The notes beneath the pieces were generated by a model, which saw only the letters and a program-made list of their open reading frames with translations, had not been told where the DNA came from and made no database searches. From positions 1 to 40,407 of the forward strand of contig RQOI01000661.1 in assembly GCA_003854995.1 (NCBI GenBank): DNA of 40,407 nucleotides. Direction: 5' to 3'. Every line of letters starts with the position of its first letter. The stretch's first letter is position 1. This document shows, one piece after another, positions 1 to 8,130 of the stretch. A program made the position numbers and the translations under genes. Source of the DNA: Candidatus Zhuqueibacterota bacterium. GTDB taxonomy: Bacteria > Zhuqueibacterota > Zhuqueibacteria > Residuimicrobiales > Krinioviventaceae.

Positions 1-129
1 CCGTTTCTGGTCAATTGTGCTTCCGACAAGAAACCCAAGAGACTAAACATCTCTGCATCTTGTAGCGTCGCCTCTATGAGACTGTTGTGAAATAATCAGG
101 CTAAAATATGCAAAGACTTGCTTCTCCAA

Positions 130-1359
130 TTACAGCTCCTCAGCATGCACCTTTATTTTGACGATCGCTTCGACGATGTCATCCATATCTTCGCGGGTGC
201 CGAGCAGTACGTTCTGGGTGAACCAGACCGCTTCTTCAAAGCAGGCCTTTTCGGTTTGCGGGCAGACGACGGCCGTATAATCGATGGGCAGATCGACGGC
301 GCGGCCGCGCGGCCCAAACGCTTTTTTCTGAAAGACCGGCTGTTTGTAGAGGGGTATGGAATAGCCCGGACTCGTGGGGATGCCCTCTTTTCGCATGGCG
401 TCAATGAAAAGACTTTTGTCCTTGCCGGCAAAGAACTCTTTTCTGTATTGGAAAATGAACAGATGCACGGACTGACTGGTGATGCGCGCATCCTCTGCCA
501 GGACTTTTATCCCCTCGATCGCGGCCAACTCCTGATTGAGATAATTCATATTATCCTGACGAATCTTCATCTGCTCGGGGTAGCGGCCAAACTGCGCCAG
601 CAGCACGGCGGACTGCAGCTCCGTGATTCGAGTGTTGCCGCCAAAATAGAAATGTTCGTACCACTGCCCTTCCTGGCTGCGGCCGCAATTGTTGTGCGCT
701 CTGGCCATTTTGGCGACGAGATCATCGTTGGTGATGATGATGCCGCCTTCGCCCGCATTGATGTTCTTCGACGATTGAAAGCTGAATGTACCGGCTTGGC
801 CAAGGGCGCCGACGCCGGTCCCCCGCCATTCCGAGCCCCAGGCCTGCGCCGCATCTTCAATGACGACGAGATCGTGTTTTTTTGCCAGCGCCAGCACGGC
901 GTCCATATCAGCGGGCCGGCCGGCAAAGTGCACCGGCATGATGGCGCGGGTGGCGCTGGTCAGCAGTTCCGCGGCATGGTCAACGTCGATATTAAAAGTA
1001 TGCGGATCGATATCAACAAAAACGGGCACTGCGCCGGCTTCGATGATGGACGACGCGGAGGCGATGAACGTATAGGCCGGGACAATGACTTGATCTCCCG
1101 CGCCGATCCCGGCTGCAGTGAGAGCAATTTTCAATGCGGTGGTGCCGCTGTTGACCAGAATGCCATATTTGGCGTCCTGATAGGCGGCGAATTTACGTTC
1201 AAACTCATCGGACAGCGTCCCATGCAGACATCCCCATTTGCCGCTTTTGATCACCGCAGTAAGATTTTCGATTTCCTCATCACCCCAGACCGGCCAAAAA
1301 GGGAATCGTTCCGTACGCACCGGCGTTCCGCCCTTGCTCGCTAATTGCGCCATGGTCAT
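130..1359 (-). CDS. DegT/DnrJ/EryC1/StrS-family PLP-dependent (sugar) aminotransferase
   Basis: 409-aa ORF with family-typical layout: N-terminal FPFWPVWGDEE, NSGTTALKIAL, DAAQAWG, and SFQSSKNINAGEGG (PLP-lysine context). Its ATG overlaps the upstream GHMP-kinase stop as ATGA (1356-1359). A GGAGGA lies just upstream and is spaced better for the in-frame ATG at 1353. Confidence 0.85.
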   Translation of the reverse strand: MTMAQLASKGGTPVRTERFPFWPVWGDEEIENLTAVIKSGKWGCLHGTLSDEFERKFAAYQDAKYGILVNSGTTALKIALTAAGIGAGDQVIVPAYTFIASASSIIEAGAVPVFVDIDPHTFNIDVDHAAELLTSATRAIMPVHFAGRPADMDAVLALAKKHDLVVIEDAAQAWGSEWRGTGVGALGQAGTFSFQSSKNINAGEGGIIITNDDLVAKMARAHNNCGRSQEGQWYEHFYFGGNTRITELQSAVLLAQFGRYPEQMKIRQDNMNYLNQELAAIEGIKVLAEDARITSQSVHLFIFQYRKEFFAGKDKSLFIDAMRKEGIPTSPGYSIPLYKQPVFQKKAFGPRGRAVDLPIDYTAVVCPQTEKACFEEAVWFTQNVLLGTREDMDDIVEAIVKIKVHAEEL

Positions 1360-2468
1360 TCCTCCGTCTCGTTTTTATTGCCTGACGCGGCAGAATTTGT
1401 CTTGTTTTGCGCTTTTATTGTCAATGGATAAGGATCGGTGTCCATCTCTTTGAGTTTCGCGATGAGTCTTTTCTGTTCTTTTACCCCCCTGGCGACGAGC
1501 TGAACGCAGCCATCGCCCTGCGAACCGACTCCCTTGCCGCCATAGATGAGATCTTCGAGCTCTGGATTGGAAAGGACAAAATGCAGGGTGGGTGAAAGCA
1601 ACTCGGTTGGGCAGGCCGGCGCCATAAAGTGGTCGAAGAAACGCTGCGCCTCGATCATGAGGGCGCCCAGCTTTTTGTGATTGCTCTCCTGCAGCGCGAT
1701 TTTGGCCCTCGACAAGATGTCTTTGTTGACCGGACCCAGATAATAGCGAACATCCTCCCCAATTTTGCCGCCACTTTTCGGATAACAGGCATTCAAATCA
1801 GCCAGTATCTTTTGCGTGTTCTTGCCCGCGTTCAAATCGGCCACCACGAGGTAGATGTCCTCGCGCACCGGCAATTCCTCCACATCCAACCTTTCGCCGT
1901 CAAAGGTGAGAAACACCGGCGTGTTCCCATAAGCGCACGCCTGATCCATGCGGCCGCAGCGCGAAGGCGTCAGGATTTCTCCCTGATAGGCGATCTCCAT
2001 TTCGCCACGTTTGGTCAGCTTTAGATCATAGAGCTGATTGAACGCGCGCGCGACCATGACGTTGTTGGCCGCCGACGATGACAGGCCTTTGCGAATTGGC
2101 AGATCCATTTTATAGCTGTTAATTTCGAGCCCCTTGACATTGTAATGGCTCAGAACATGATAGGCGACGCCGGCTGAGTAGCTGTAAAAACCACCCTCTT
2201 CCGCCACTTCCAGCAGCGGCTCCGGCGCCATCTCAATTTCATGCGGCCCCAAATTCGTGCCGTCCGGCAGCGTCGTGGTGATGATGAGCTTTGAAGGGTG
2301 CCGCGATGCGCGCGCGTAAATACCCTGGTTGGTGCCGACGAGCAGGCAATAGCCCTTGGCGATCGTCGAATCGATGCGACGATAGCCGCCGGCCCAGTCA
2401 GAGTGTTCGCCAAAAAGGCAGAGACGACCCGGGACAAAAATATCGACTGTATTGGGAAGAGCGCTCAT
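1356..2468 (-). CDS. GHMP-family sugar kinase (galactokinase/fucokinase-like), substrate unknown
   Basis: Has GRLCLFGEHSDW near the N-terminus and the GHMP ATP-binding motif PIRKGLSSSAANNV. The ORF track starts at 2483, but the second ATG at 2468 is preceded by GGAG with 5-nt spacing, so I call 2468. Confidence 0.8.
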   Translation of the reverse strand: MSALPNTVDIFVPGRLCLFGEHSDWAGGYRRIDSTIAKGYCLLVGTNQGIYARASRHPSKLIITTTLPDGTNLGPHEIEMAPEPLLEVAEEGGFYSYSAGVAYHVLSHYNVKGLEINSYKMDLPIRKGLSSSAANNVMVARAFNQLYDLKLTKRGEMEIAYQGEILTPSRCGRMDQACAYGNTPVFLTFDGERLDVEELPVREDIYLVVADLNAGKNTQKILADLNACYPKSGGKIGEDVRYYLGPVNKDILSRAKIALQESNHKKLGALMIEAQRFFDHFMAPACPTELLSPTLHFVLSNPELEDLIYGGKGVGSQGDGCVQLVARGVKEQKRLIAKLKEMDTDPYPLTIKAQNKTNSAASGNKNETEE

Positions 2469-2612
2469 AGAATCTCCATTCATAAATGATTCTTGTCAAC
2501 AACCTCTCGGTTGGTTAATAAATCGTCCTGTTTCATATTGACCAACTGATCTATTTGCACAAGTTCGCAGGGACTCGTCAATCTGGTTCTGTGATGCCCA
2601 ATTCAGTCGCCT

Positions 2613-3188
2613 TTACTGATAGAGACCGTGCTGCAGAATGTACTCCTCAACCTTTGGCGGCACCAGATAGCGCACGCTCTTTTTTTGCTGCATTCTCTTT
2701 CGAATCATGGATGCGGAGATATCGAGCAGCGGCGCGCCGACCACGACATAGTCCGTCAGTCGCGCGTTTGATAATGTAAACGACGGGCGGTTGGCGACGG
2801 CTATCTGCGCCAGGCGGACGATCTCCTCCGGGTCCTTCCACAGATGGAAATCGAGGAGATTATCGGCGCCCACAAGCAGATAGAGATCTTTTTTCTGAAC
2901 GTGAAAATGGCCGCTGAAATGGATGAGCGTATCCACGGTGAAGGATGTCCCCTGTTTTATGATCTCAAAATCTGATACATTTAATTTTGGATTCTCGGCA
3001 ATGGCCAGTTTCACCATGTGCAGTCGATGATTCGGGGATGTCATCGGCACAGACAGTTTATGTGGCGGACTGAAACTGGGAATGAAAATCAGTTTGTCCA
3101 GGGAGAGCTCTGCAAAGGCATATTCCGCGATGATGAGATGAGCGATATGAATGGGATCAAAGGTTCCACCGTAAATGGCAATTCTCAA
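2613..3188 (-). CDS. nadD: nicotinate-nucleotide adenylyltransferase
   Basis: Has the nucleotidyltransferase signature IAIYGGTFDPIHIAH and a typical length. The track ORF begins at TTG 3209. The in-frame TTG at 3188 gives the family-typical MRIAIYGGTFDP start and sits 9 nt after GGAAGGGAG. The start is uncertain by 21 nt. Confidence 0.85.
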   Translation of the reverse strand: MRIAIYGGTFDPIHIAHLIIAEYAFAELSLDKLIFIPSFSPPHKLSVPMTSPNHRLHMVKLAIAENPKLNVSDFEIIKQGTSFTVDTLIHFSGHFHVQKKDLYLLVGADNLLDFHLWKDPEEIVRLAQIAVANRPSFTLSNARLTDYVVVGAPLLDISASMIRKRMQQKKSVRYLVPPKVEEYILQHGLYQ

Positions 3189-3218
3189 AATGAAAGACTC
3201 CCTTCCCAACCAGCGCTT

Positions 3219-4013
3219 TCAGCGACTTCCCTGTGCCATGCGGCGATATTTTTCGTACTCTCTCTGCGTCTGCTTTATTTTATTCCTGGCACGAGGAATC
3301 CACTCGTGCTCCGGATATTTTTGCATGAATTCAGCAAAAGCGTCCAGGCTCTCCTGATATTTTTCCTGCCGTCGATTGCACTCCCCCAGCCAGAACAAGG
3401 CCTTTGGCGCGAACTCGGTGTCATAGTACTCTTCCAGGACCTTGCTGTAGTAGATATTGGCTGCACCGTAGTATGTCATCTTTCTGTAGATATCAGCCGA
3501 GGCGTAGACCTTCTGGGCGAGCTTGTTCCTCGCCTCCAGCAGATATTTTTCGACCTCAGGGACAAGGTCGCTGGTGTGATAGTCTTCCAAAAACTCTTGA
3601 AAATGGACTATGCTGGACAGGGTGTATTCTTGATCCAGACTATATTTGGGCGACAGCTTGTAGTAGCTCAAGCCAAGTTTATATTTGGCGTCATCGACAT
3701 ACTCAGAGTTCGGGTAGACCTTGATGAGCCGTTCGTATTCGCTGGCGGAAAGGATGTATTCCTTCATATTAAAATGGCACTCGGCCGTATAGAACTGTGC
3801 CTTATCGGCTATCAGGCTGCCGCTATGGCTGAGTGTGACGATGCGAAACTGGGTCTTGGCATCGAAATAGTTGCCTTTTTCGAATAGCCGCATCCCTTCT
3901 TCCATGCGTTCTTCCAGAGTGGCGTTGGGTTTCATGTGACTCTTTGTGCACGAGAATAGGAAAAGCGCCAGAATGCCCATCAGTGCCGCTATGTATTTCC
4001 GCTTAGTATTCAT
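3219..4013 (-). CDS. bamD: outer membrane protein assembly factor BamD-like TPR lipoprotein
   Basis: Signal peptide with lipobox (ALFLFSC), followed by TPR-like repeats rich in Y/A/E/K (GNYFDAKTQF, AQFYTAECHF, DDAKYKLGLSYY, ALFWLGECN). Length of 264 aa is typical of BamD/YfiO. Confidence 0.8.
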   Translation of the reverse strand: MNTKRKYIAALMGILALFLFSCTKSHMKPNATLEERMEEGMRLFEKGNYFDAKTQFRIVTLSHSGSLIADKAQFYTAECHFNMKEYILSASEYERLIKVYPNSEYVDDAKYKLGLSYYKLSPKYSLDQEYTLSSIVHFQEFLEDYHTSDLVPEVEKYLLEARNKLAQKVYASADIYRKMTYYGAANIYYSKVLEEYYDTEFAPKALFWLGECNRRQEKYQESLDAFAEFMQKYPEHEWIPRARNKIKQTQREYEKYRRMAQGSR

Positions 4014-4029
4014 TCACCCAACCTGCCTG

Positions 4030-4647
4030 TTATTGACTTCGATAAGAATAAAACAAAAATATGACCACTCCGGTCGTCGCGATGATGAGAACCGGTTCGT
4101 ACAGGGCTGCAAACAAAGATTTTTTTTGCTGGCCGCTCGTGAAAGACAAGCGGGCGTTCTCGAGGTCTTTTGCCGGTCCGGCGACAGAATCGATATGTGT
4201 TCTTTGCAGCAGCTCGGAAAAGTGCAGCCTGTTTTGCGAATCGGTCACCTGGCAAAATATCGCGACGCTTATTTTGCGCTCGAGCTCTTTTTTACCGACT
4301 CTGTCGTAGGAGATCGTTTGCTCGACGGGCTTATACAGCACTCGCATCGAGTTGTCAAGGGACGCGTTCGCGTGAATCTGCCGCACGCCGACTTTAAGCA
4401 GGCCTTTATAGAGTTGATTTTCAATCACCCATGCGTAATCGACTGGCGCCGCTAATTTTTCGATCACGCATATCGTATCACCTGGCAGAGAGGAAAATGC
4501 CTCAGCAAAGAGCGCCGAATAGAGCTGCTCTAAAATCTCCAGATTCTTCTTTGTCTGCGTCGCAGGGCTTCCGTCTGCGTTGAAGATCACAAGCAAAAGC
4601 GCTGTCAAAGACAAAGTCCGTCCTGATATGTCATAAAGCCTGCGCAC
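4030..4647 (-). CDS. hypothetical protein with N-terminal and C-terminal hydrophobic segments
   Basis: 205-aa ORF with a GTG start. It has an N-terminal hydrophobic stretch LSLTALLLVIF and a C-terminal stretch PVLIIATTGVVIFLFY followed by SYRSQ. I recognise no family motif. It is wedged between a beta-barrel gene and bamD with 38-nt and 16-nt gaps. Confidence 0.5.
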   Translation of the reverse strand: MRRLYDISGRTLSLTALLLVIFNADGSPATQTKKNLEILEQLYSALFAEAFSSLPGDTICVIEKLAAPVDYAWVIENQLYKGLLKVGVRQIHANASLDNSMRVLYKPVEQTISYDRVGKKELERKISVAIFCQVTDSQNRLHFSELLQRTHIDSVAGPAKDLENARLSFTSGQQKKSLFAALYEPVLIIATTGVVIFLFYSYRSQ

Positions 4648-4685
4648 TGAATCACACTCTAAACGAGATCGACTCGGAAAAGTTC

Positions 4686-5687
4686 CTAAAATCGAAGAAG
4701 AAACGTCAAATAGTGAATGAAACTGGGCTTGTCCACCTGTTTCTCAGCCACGACTCCATAATTTACGATAATATTCGATAAAACAAAGCGCTCTCTTTGC
4801 GATGCAAAAGTTCGAAAATCGGACAGGCCGCATCCCGCGGAAAAGGTGTCGATTTTTTCATTGTTCTGCCGGAAATAGCCGGCGCGCAAGGCGATGAAAT
4901 GGGTTGCATAGAACTCGACGCCGGCATGAACTTCATTCGTAGAGTTGTTATCTTCTTCAGAGACATTGCGAAAATCGAGGGCCAAATTGAGCTTTCTGAT
5001 CGGTCGGTAGACAAATCCGAGATTGATGGATTTATTGCTGATGCGATGCTGCAGTAACATCAAGGAATCCGCCTTATCCGGAAGATTGAAATAGGACAAG
5101 CCCGCGGAAAAAGTTTCACTCGGCCGCATGAGAATTCCATAGCTGGAGCCGACATGCCGCCGCACCTCCATGCCATCGATCAAATTGAAGCAGTAGCCGG
5201 TGAAGCCGATTGACACCTGCTTGGCTAGAGTGATGCGAAACGCAGCGCTGTGATAATTCCAGTCGAGGATGCCCTCAGCGGCGACAGCCTGTCCCGACCG
5301 GCCTGGATTGGCGGGCAATTCCTCAGACAGGATGACAGCGGCCTGCAGCACGGGTCGTGCAAAGCTGAGAGACCGAACAAACAGGCCGACGACGCTGAGC
5401 CAGTCTTTTGCGTCCCAGGCTGTCCGGGTGGAAAGTTCAGTGCGATGCAGAATAGCGCTTGCCGCGCCAATGGGATTGATATAGACATTCAGACTGTTAT
5501 CGAGCTGAGATGTGAGCGACATGCAGGCGGGATTGAAGAGCGTATTTTCCAGGCCCGCTTCCATGGCCGTGAAGGCGCCGCCCATGGCAACAGGTCTGGC
5601 ATGCAGCGCACTTGTGATAAAATCCTCACTGTAACCGAGGCCGGATAAAAACAGGAGCAGGAAAACGCTGTGTCTATAGAGTTTCAT
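4686..5687 (-). CDS. putative outer-membrane beta-barrel protein, PorV/PorQ-like
   Basis: Signal peptide MKLYRHSVFLLLFLSGLGYSE, then ARPVAMGGAFTAMEAGLENTLFNPA, which resembles the N-terminal motif of PorV/PorQ-type barrels. It has alternating beta-strand-like sequence and a C-terminal aromatic residue (LLRF). ATGA overlap with the lnt stop (5684-5687). Confidence 0.55.
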   Translation of the reverse strand: MKLYRHSVFLLLFLSGLGYSEDFITSALHARPVAMGGAFTAMEAGLENTLFNPACMSLTSQLDNSLNVYINPIGAASAILHRTELSTRTAWDAKDWLSVVGLFVRSLSFARPVLQAAVILSEELPANPGRSGQAVAAEGILDWNYHSAAFRITLAKQVSIGFTGYCFNLIDGMEVRRHVGSSYGILMRPSETFSAGLSYFNLPDKADSLMLLQHRISNKSINLGFVYRPIRKLNLALDFRNVSEEDNNSTNEVHAGVEFYATHFIALRAGYFRQNNEKIDTFSAGCGLSDFRTFASQRERFVLSNIIVNYGVVAEKQVDKPSFIHYLTFLLRF

Positions 5688-7228
5688 CGTTGCATGAGTC
5701 TTTTCACGACAGCCAGAGTGAGAATTAATAGTGATACGATCGACACAAAAATTGCAAAAATATTGCCATAGAGTGTATAGAACGTCTTTTCATCGTAAAG
5801 CTGAAGCGTGTCTGTGAGGACCGCTTCCACATAAAGCCCTGTTTGCCGACGAACGCGTCCAAAGCGGTCAATGAAACAGGAGATGCCCGTATTGGCGCAG
5901 CGGGCGATATCGCGACGGTTCTCTATCGCGCGCAGGGCCGCCATCTGCGCATGCTGGAATGGCGCTGATGTCTTGCCGAACCAAGCGTCGTTTGTAATTA
6001 TGATCAGAAAATCGGCGCCCGCGTTTACATATTTTCGCACGTGGTCCGGAAAAACAGATTCATAGCAAATGGCAATGCCCGTCTGATAACGGCCCTCAGT
6101 CGCACTCGTATGCGAGGCCGATCGTGACGGCGGTGCAGACCGGAAGCGGCCTCCCAGCACGGCAATTTCTTTGCCAAATGCATAGTCGCCAAGCCCGAGA
6201 TCCCACAAGAGATCTTTGAGAACATTGAAAGGGAAATAGTCTTTATAGGGCACTCTCTCGGAAAAGGGCACCAGCTTCATCTTGGCATATCTTTGCATGT
6301 CATAGATGGACGGCTCCAGCAGAAAGGCCGAGTTGTAATAATCATAACTGCCGTCGTCCAAATATTTGTAATCGAGGGTGCCGGTGAGCAGCAGAGCGCC
6401 GGTCGAATCAATGAGCGCGTGCATTTTTTTGATATAATCGATTTCCGCTCGCAGATAAAAAGGCATGGCCGTCTCAGGCCAGATCACCAGATCTGGTTCA
6501 CTGGCCAGGATCGCTCGAGTCAGCCGCTCATAGACCTCATAATTACTGCCCTTGACATCACCGTCCCATTTTTCATTCGGATCACGATTTCCCTGGATGA
6601 GCGCAATCTTGATCGTCCTGTCACTGCCATCATCGCCACGCATCACCTGCATGCCATGGAAGAGAGGGGCAGCGAAAAGCAGAACAATGGCCAGGCTGAG
6701 GGCGATGCGCGCCCGGCCGCGGTTTTTCCACAGCAGATAAAACAGCACGTTCAGCATGACGACCCAAAAGCTGATGCCGTAAATGGACGTGAACTCGGCA
6801 TATTGAATCAACGGCAGATAGTAAGTCTGCGTATACCCTATGTAATTCCACGGGAACGCCAGCTCAGAGAACGATTCTGCGTACTCCAGGGCGGTCCAGA
6901 TAAACGGGACCGCTGCCAGCGCATAGGACGAAAATTCCCTGAGCAGAAAGACATGCAGAACGCCATAGGCCGCCATCGCGAGGGGCCAGAAAATGATCAC
7001 GCCGAACAGACCTGGCAAAGTGACCCAGCCTAACCAGAAGAGCGTCCCGGCAGCAATACATAATCCCGTAAAGTATCCCCAACGAAAAGCATCAGCAATG
7101 CTCTTGTCTTCGAGGAGCAAAAAGAAAGGGATCAAAGAGACATAGGCAAAAAATCCGGTTTTAAAGGGTGGCAATGCCAACGCAAATGTGATCCCGGTCA
7201 GTAGAGATAATAGGATGTTTTTTTTCAT
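5684..7228 (-). CDS. lnt: apolipoprotein N-acyltransferase
   Basis: Multi-TM N-terminal half plus a CN-hydrolase domain with WPETA (Glu), KMKLVPFSE (Lys) and IAICYESVFPD (Cys). 514 aa. Confidence 0.9.
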   Translation of the reverse strand: MKKNILLSLLTGITFALALPPFKTGFFAYVSLIPFFLLLEDKSIADAFRWGYFTGLCIAAGTLFWLGWVTLPGLFGVIIFWPLAMAAYGVLHVFLLREFSSYALAAVPFIWTALEYAESFSELAFPWNYIGYTQTYYLPLIQYAEFTSIYGISFWVVMLNVLFYLLWKNRGRARIALSLAIVLLFAAPLFHGMQVMRGDDGSDRTIKIALIQGNRDPNEKWDGDVKGSNYEVYERLTRAILASEPDLVIWPETAMPFYLRAEIDYIKKMHALIDSTGALLLTGTLDYKYLDDGSYDYYNSAFLLEPSIYDMQRYAKMKLVPFSERVPYKDYFPFNVLKDLLWDLGLGDYAFGKEIAVLGGRFRSAPPSRSASHTSATEGRYQTGIAICYESVFPDHVRKYVNAGADFLIIITNDAWFGKTSAPFQHAQMAALRAIENRRDIARCANTGISCFIDRFGRVRRQTGLYVEAVLTDTLQLYDEKTFYTLYGNIFAIFVSIVSLLILTLAVVKRLMQR

Positions 7229-7259
7229 CTATATTTTCAGGCCGTATTCTCTTTGCCAT

Positions 7260-7757
7260 TCATTTTTTGAGACCTGCATTCCTTGCCTCTTCCCTTTTGA
7301 GAAATGCTATTCTGTCCAAAAAGCTTTGCAGCAGATAGGCAGCAGCGACCTGGTCGATCCTGTGCCTGTTTCGCGAAGGGGACCGTCCTGTTTCAATGAG
7401 CAATTTTTCCGCGCTCATGGTCGTCCACCTCTCGTCCCACAGAAATATCGGGACATCGATCTTATCCGCCAGCGTGCCGACGAATTCTCTGACTTTGTTC
7501 GTCATCTCTCCCTCGTCACCGCTCATGTGCAGCGGCTTACCGACCACGATGGCGCAGACATCATTTTCCCGTACGATCGTCGCAATCTCCTCGATCGCAT
7601 GCGGACGGTTCGCATTGGCGAGCGTATCAAGGGTAGACGCCATCATTTGGAAGGGATCGCTCATTGCCAGGCCGATCCTTTTATGGCCATAATCGATGCC
7701 CACTATTCGACCTGAGCGGATGCCGCGCAGAGAATCCGGATCCGTAGCCATTTTCAT
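7260..7757 (-). CDS. ruvX: Holliday-junction resolvase-like nuclease RuvX/YqgF
   Basis: Has GRIVGIDYGHKRIGLAMSD and WDERWTT, both typical of YqgF/RuvX. Confidence 0.9.
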   Translation of the reverse strand: MKMATDPDSLRGIRSGRIVGIDYGHKRIGLAMSDPFQMMASTLDTLANANRPHAIEEIATIVRENDVCAIVVGKPLHMSGDEGEMTNKVREFVGTLADKIDVPIFLWDERWTTMSAEKLLIETGRSPSRNRHRIDQVAAAYLLQSFLDRIAFLKREEARNAGLKK

Positions 7758-7771
7758 ATTGCTTCATACAC

Positions 7772-8101
7772 CTATAGCTGATCGAGCGGCGTCTTTAAAA
7801 CTTCTTTCAACAGCTTGCCCGCCTTGAAGTGAGTTTTTCGACGCGCCGGAACATAAATGATATCTCCAGTCTTTGGATTGCGCGCTTTGGGTTTCGGCTT
7901 GGTCTTTTTCACCTCAAAAACGCCGAAATCTCTGATCTCAATACGAACTTCAGGATCTGCCTCGGCCATAAACTCACGCAAGGCCTGGAACACACCATCG
8001 ACAACTTTTTCTGTCAGATAAATCTTCTCACCGACTATTTTCGCGGTCCTTTTCGAAACATCCTTTTTTGTTATCGTTGCTTTCTGGCTTTGTTCTTCCA
8101 T
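7772..8101 (-). CDS. HU/IHF-family DNA-binding protein (IHF-like)
   Basis: 109 aa. The beta-arm motif ARNPKTGDIIYVPARRKTHFKAGK is typical of the Bac_DNA_binding fold. Confidence 0.85.
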   Translation of the reverse strand: MEEQSQKATITKKDVSKRTAKIVGEKIYLTEKVVDGVFQALREFMAEADPEVRIEIRDFGVFEVKKTKPKPKARNPKTGDIIYVPARRKTHFKAGKLLKEVLKTPLDQL

Positions 8102-8130
8102 TTTATGCTCCTCAGCTTTTAATTAATTCT

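Noticed and set aside
118-1344. Very long plus-strand ORFs mirror minus-strand genes. Examples are 118-1344 (408 aa, opposite DegT), 3018-3887, 8215-9144, 10860-11861, 20133-20906, 27769-28641 and 34390-35364.
   Set aside because: Each one I checked is in the codon-aligned antisense phase: its start coordinate has the same value modulo 3 as the sense gene. Stops in that frame arise only from sense TTA, CTA or TCA codons, which these genes evidently avoid. Their translations are low-complexity and R/G/H-rich with no motifs, and the sense genes have strong family signatures. They are codon-usage artefacts, not overlapping genes.
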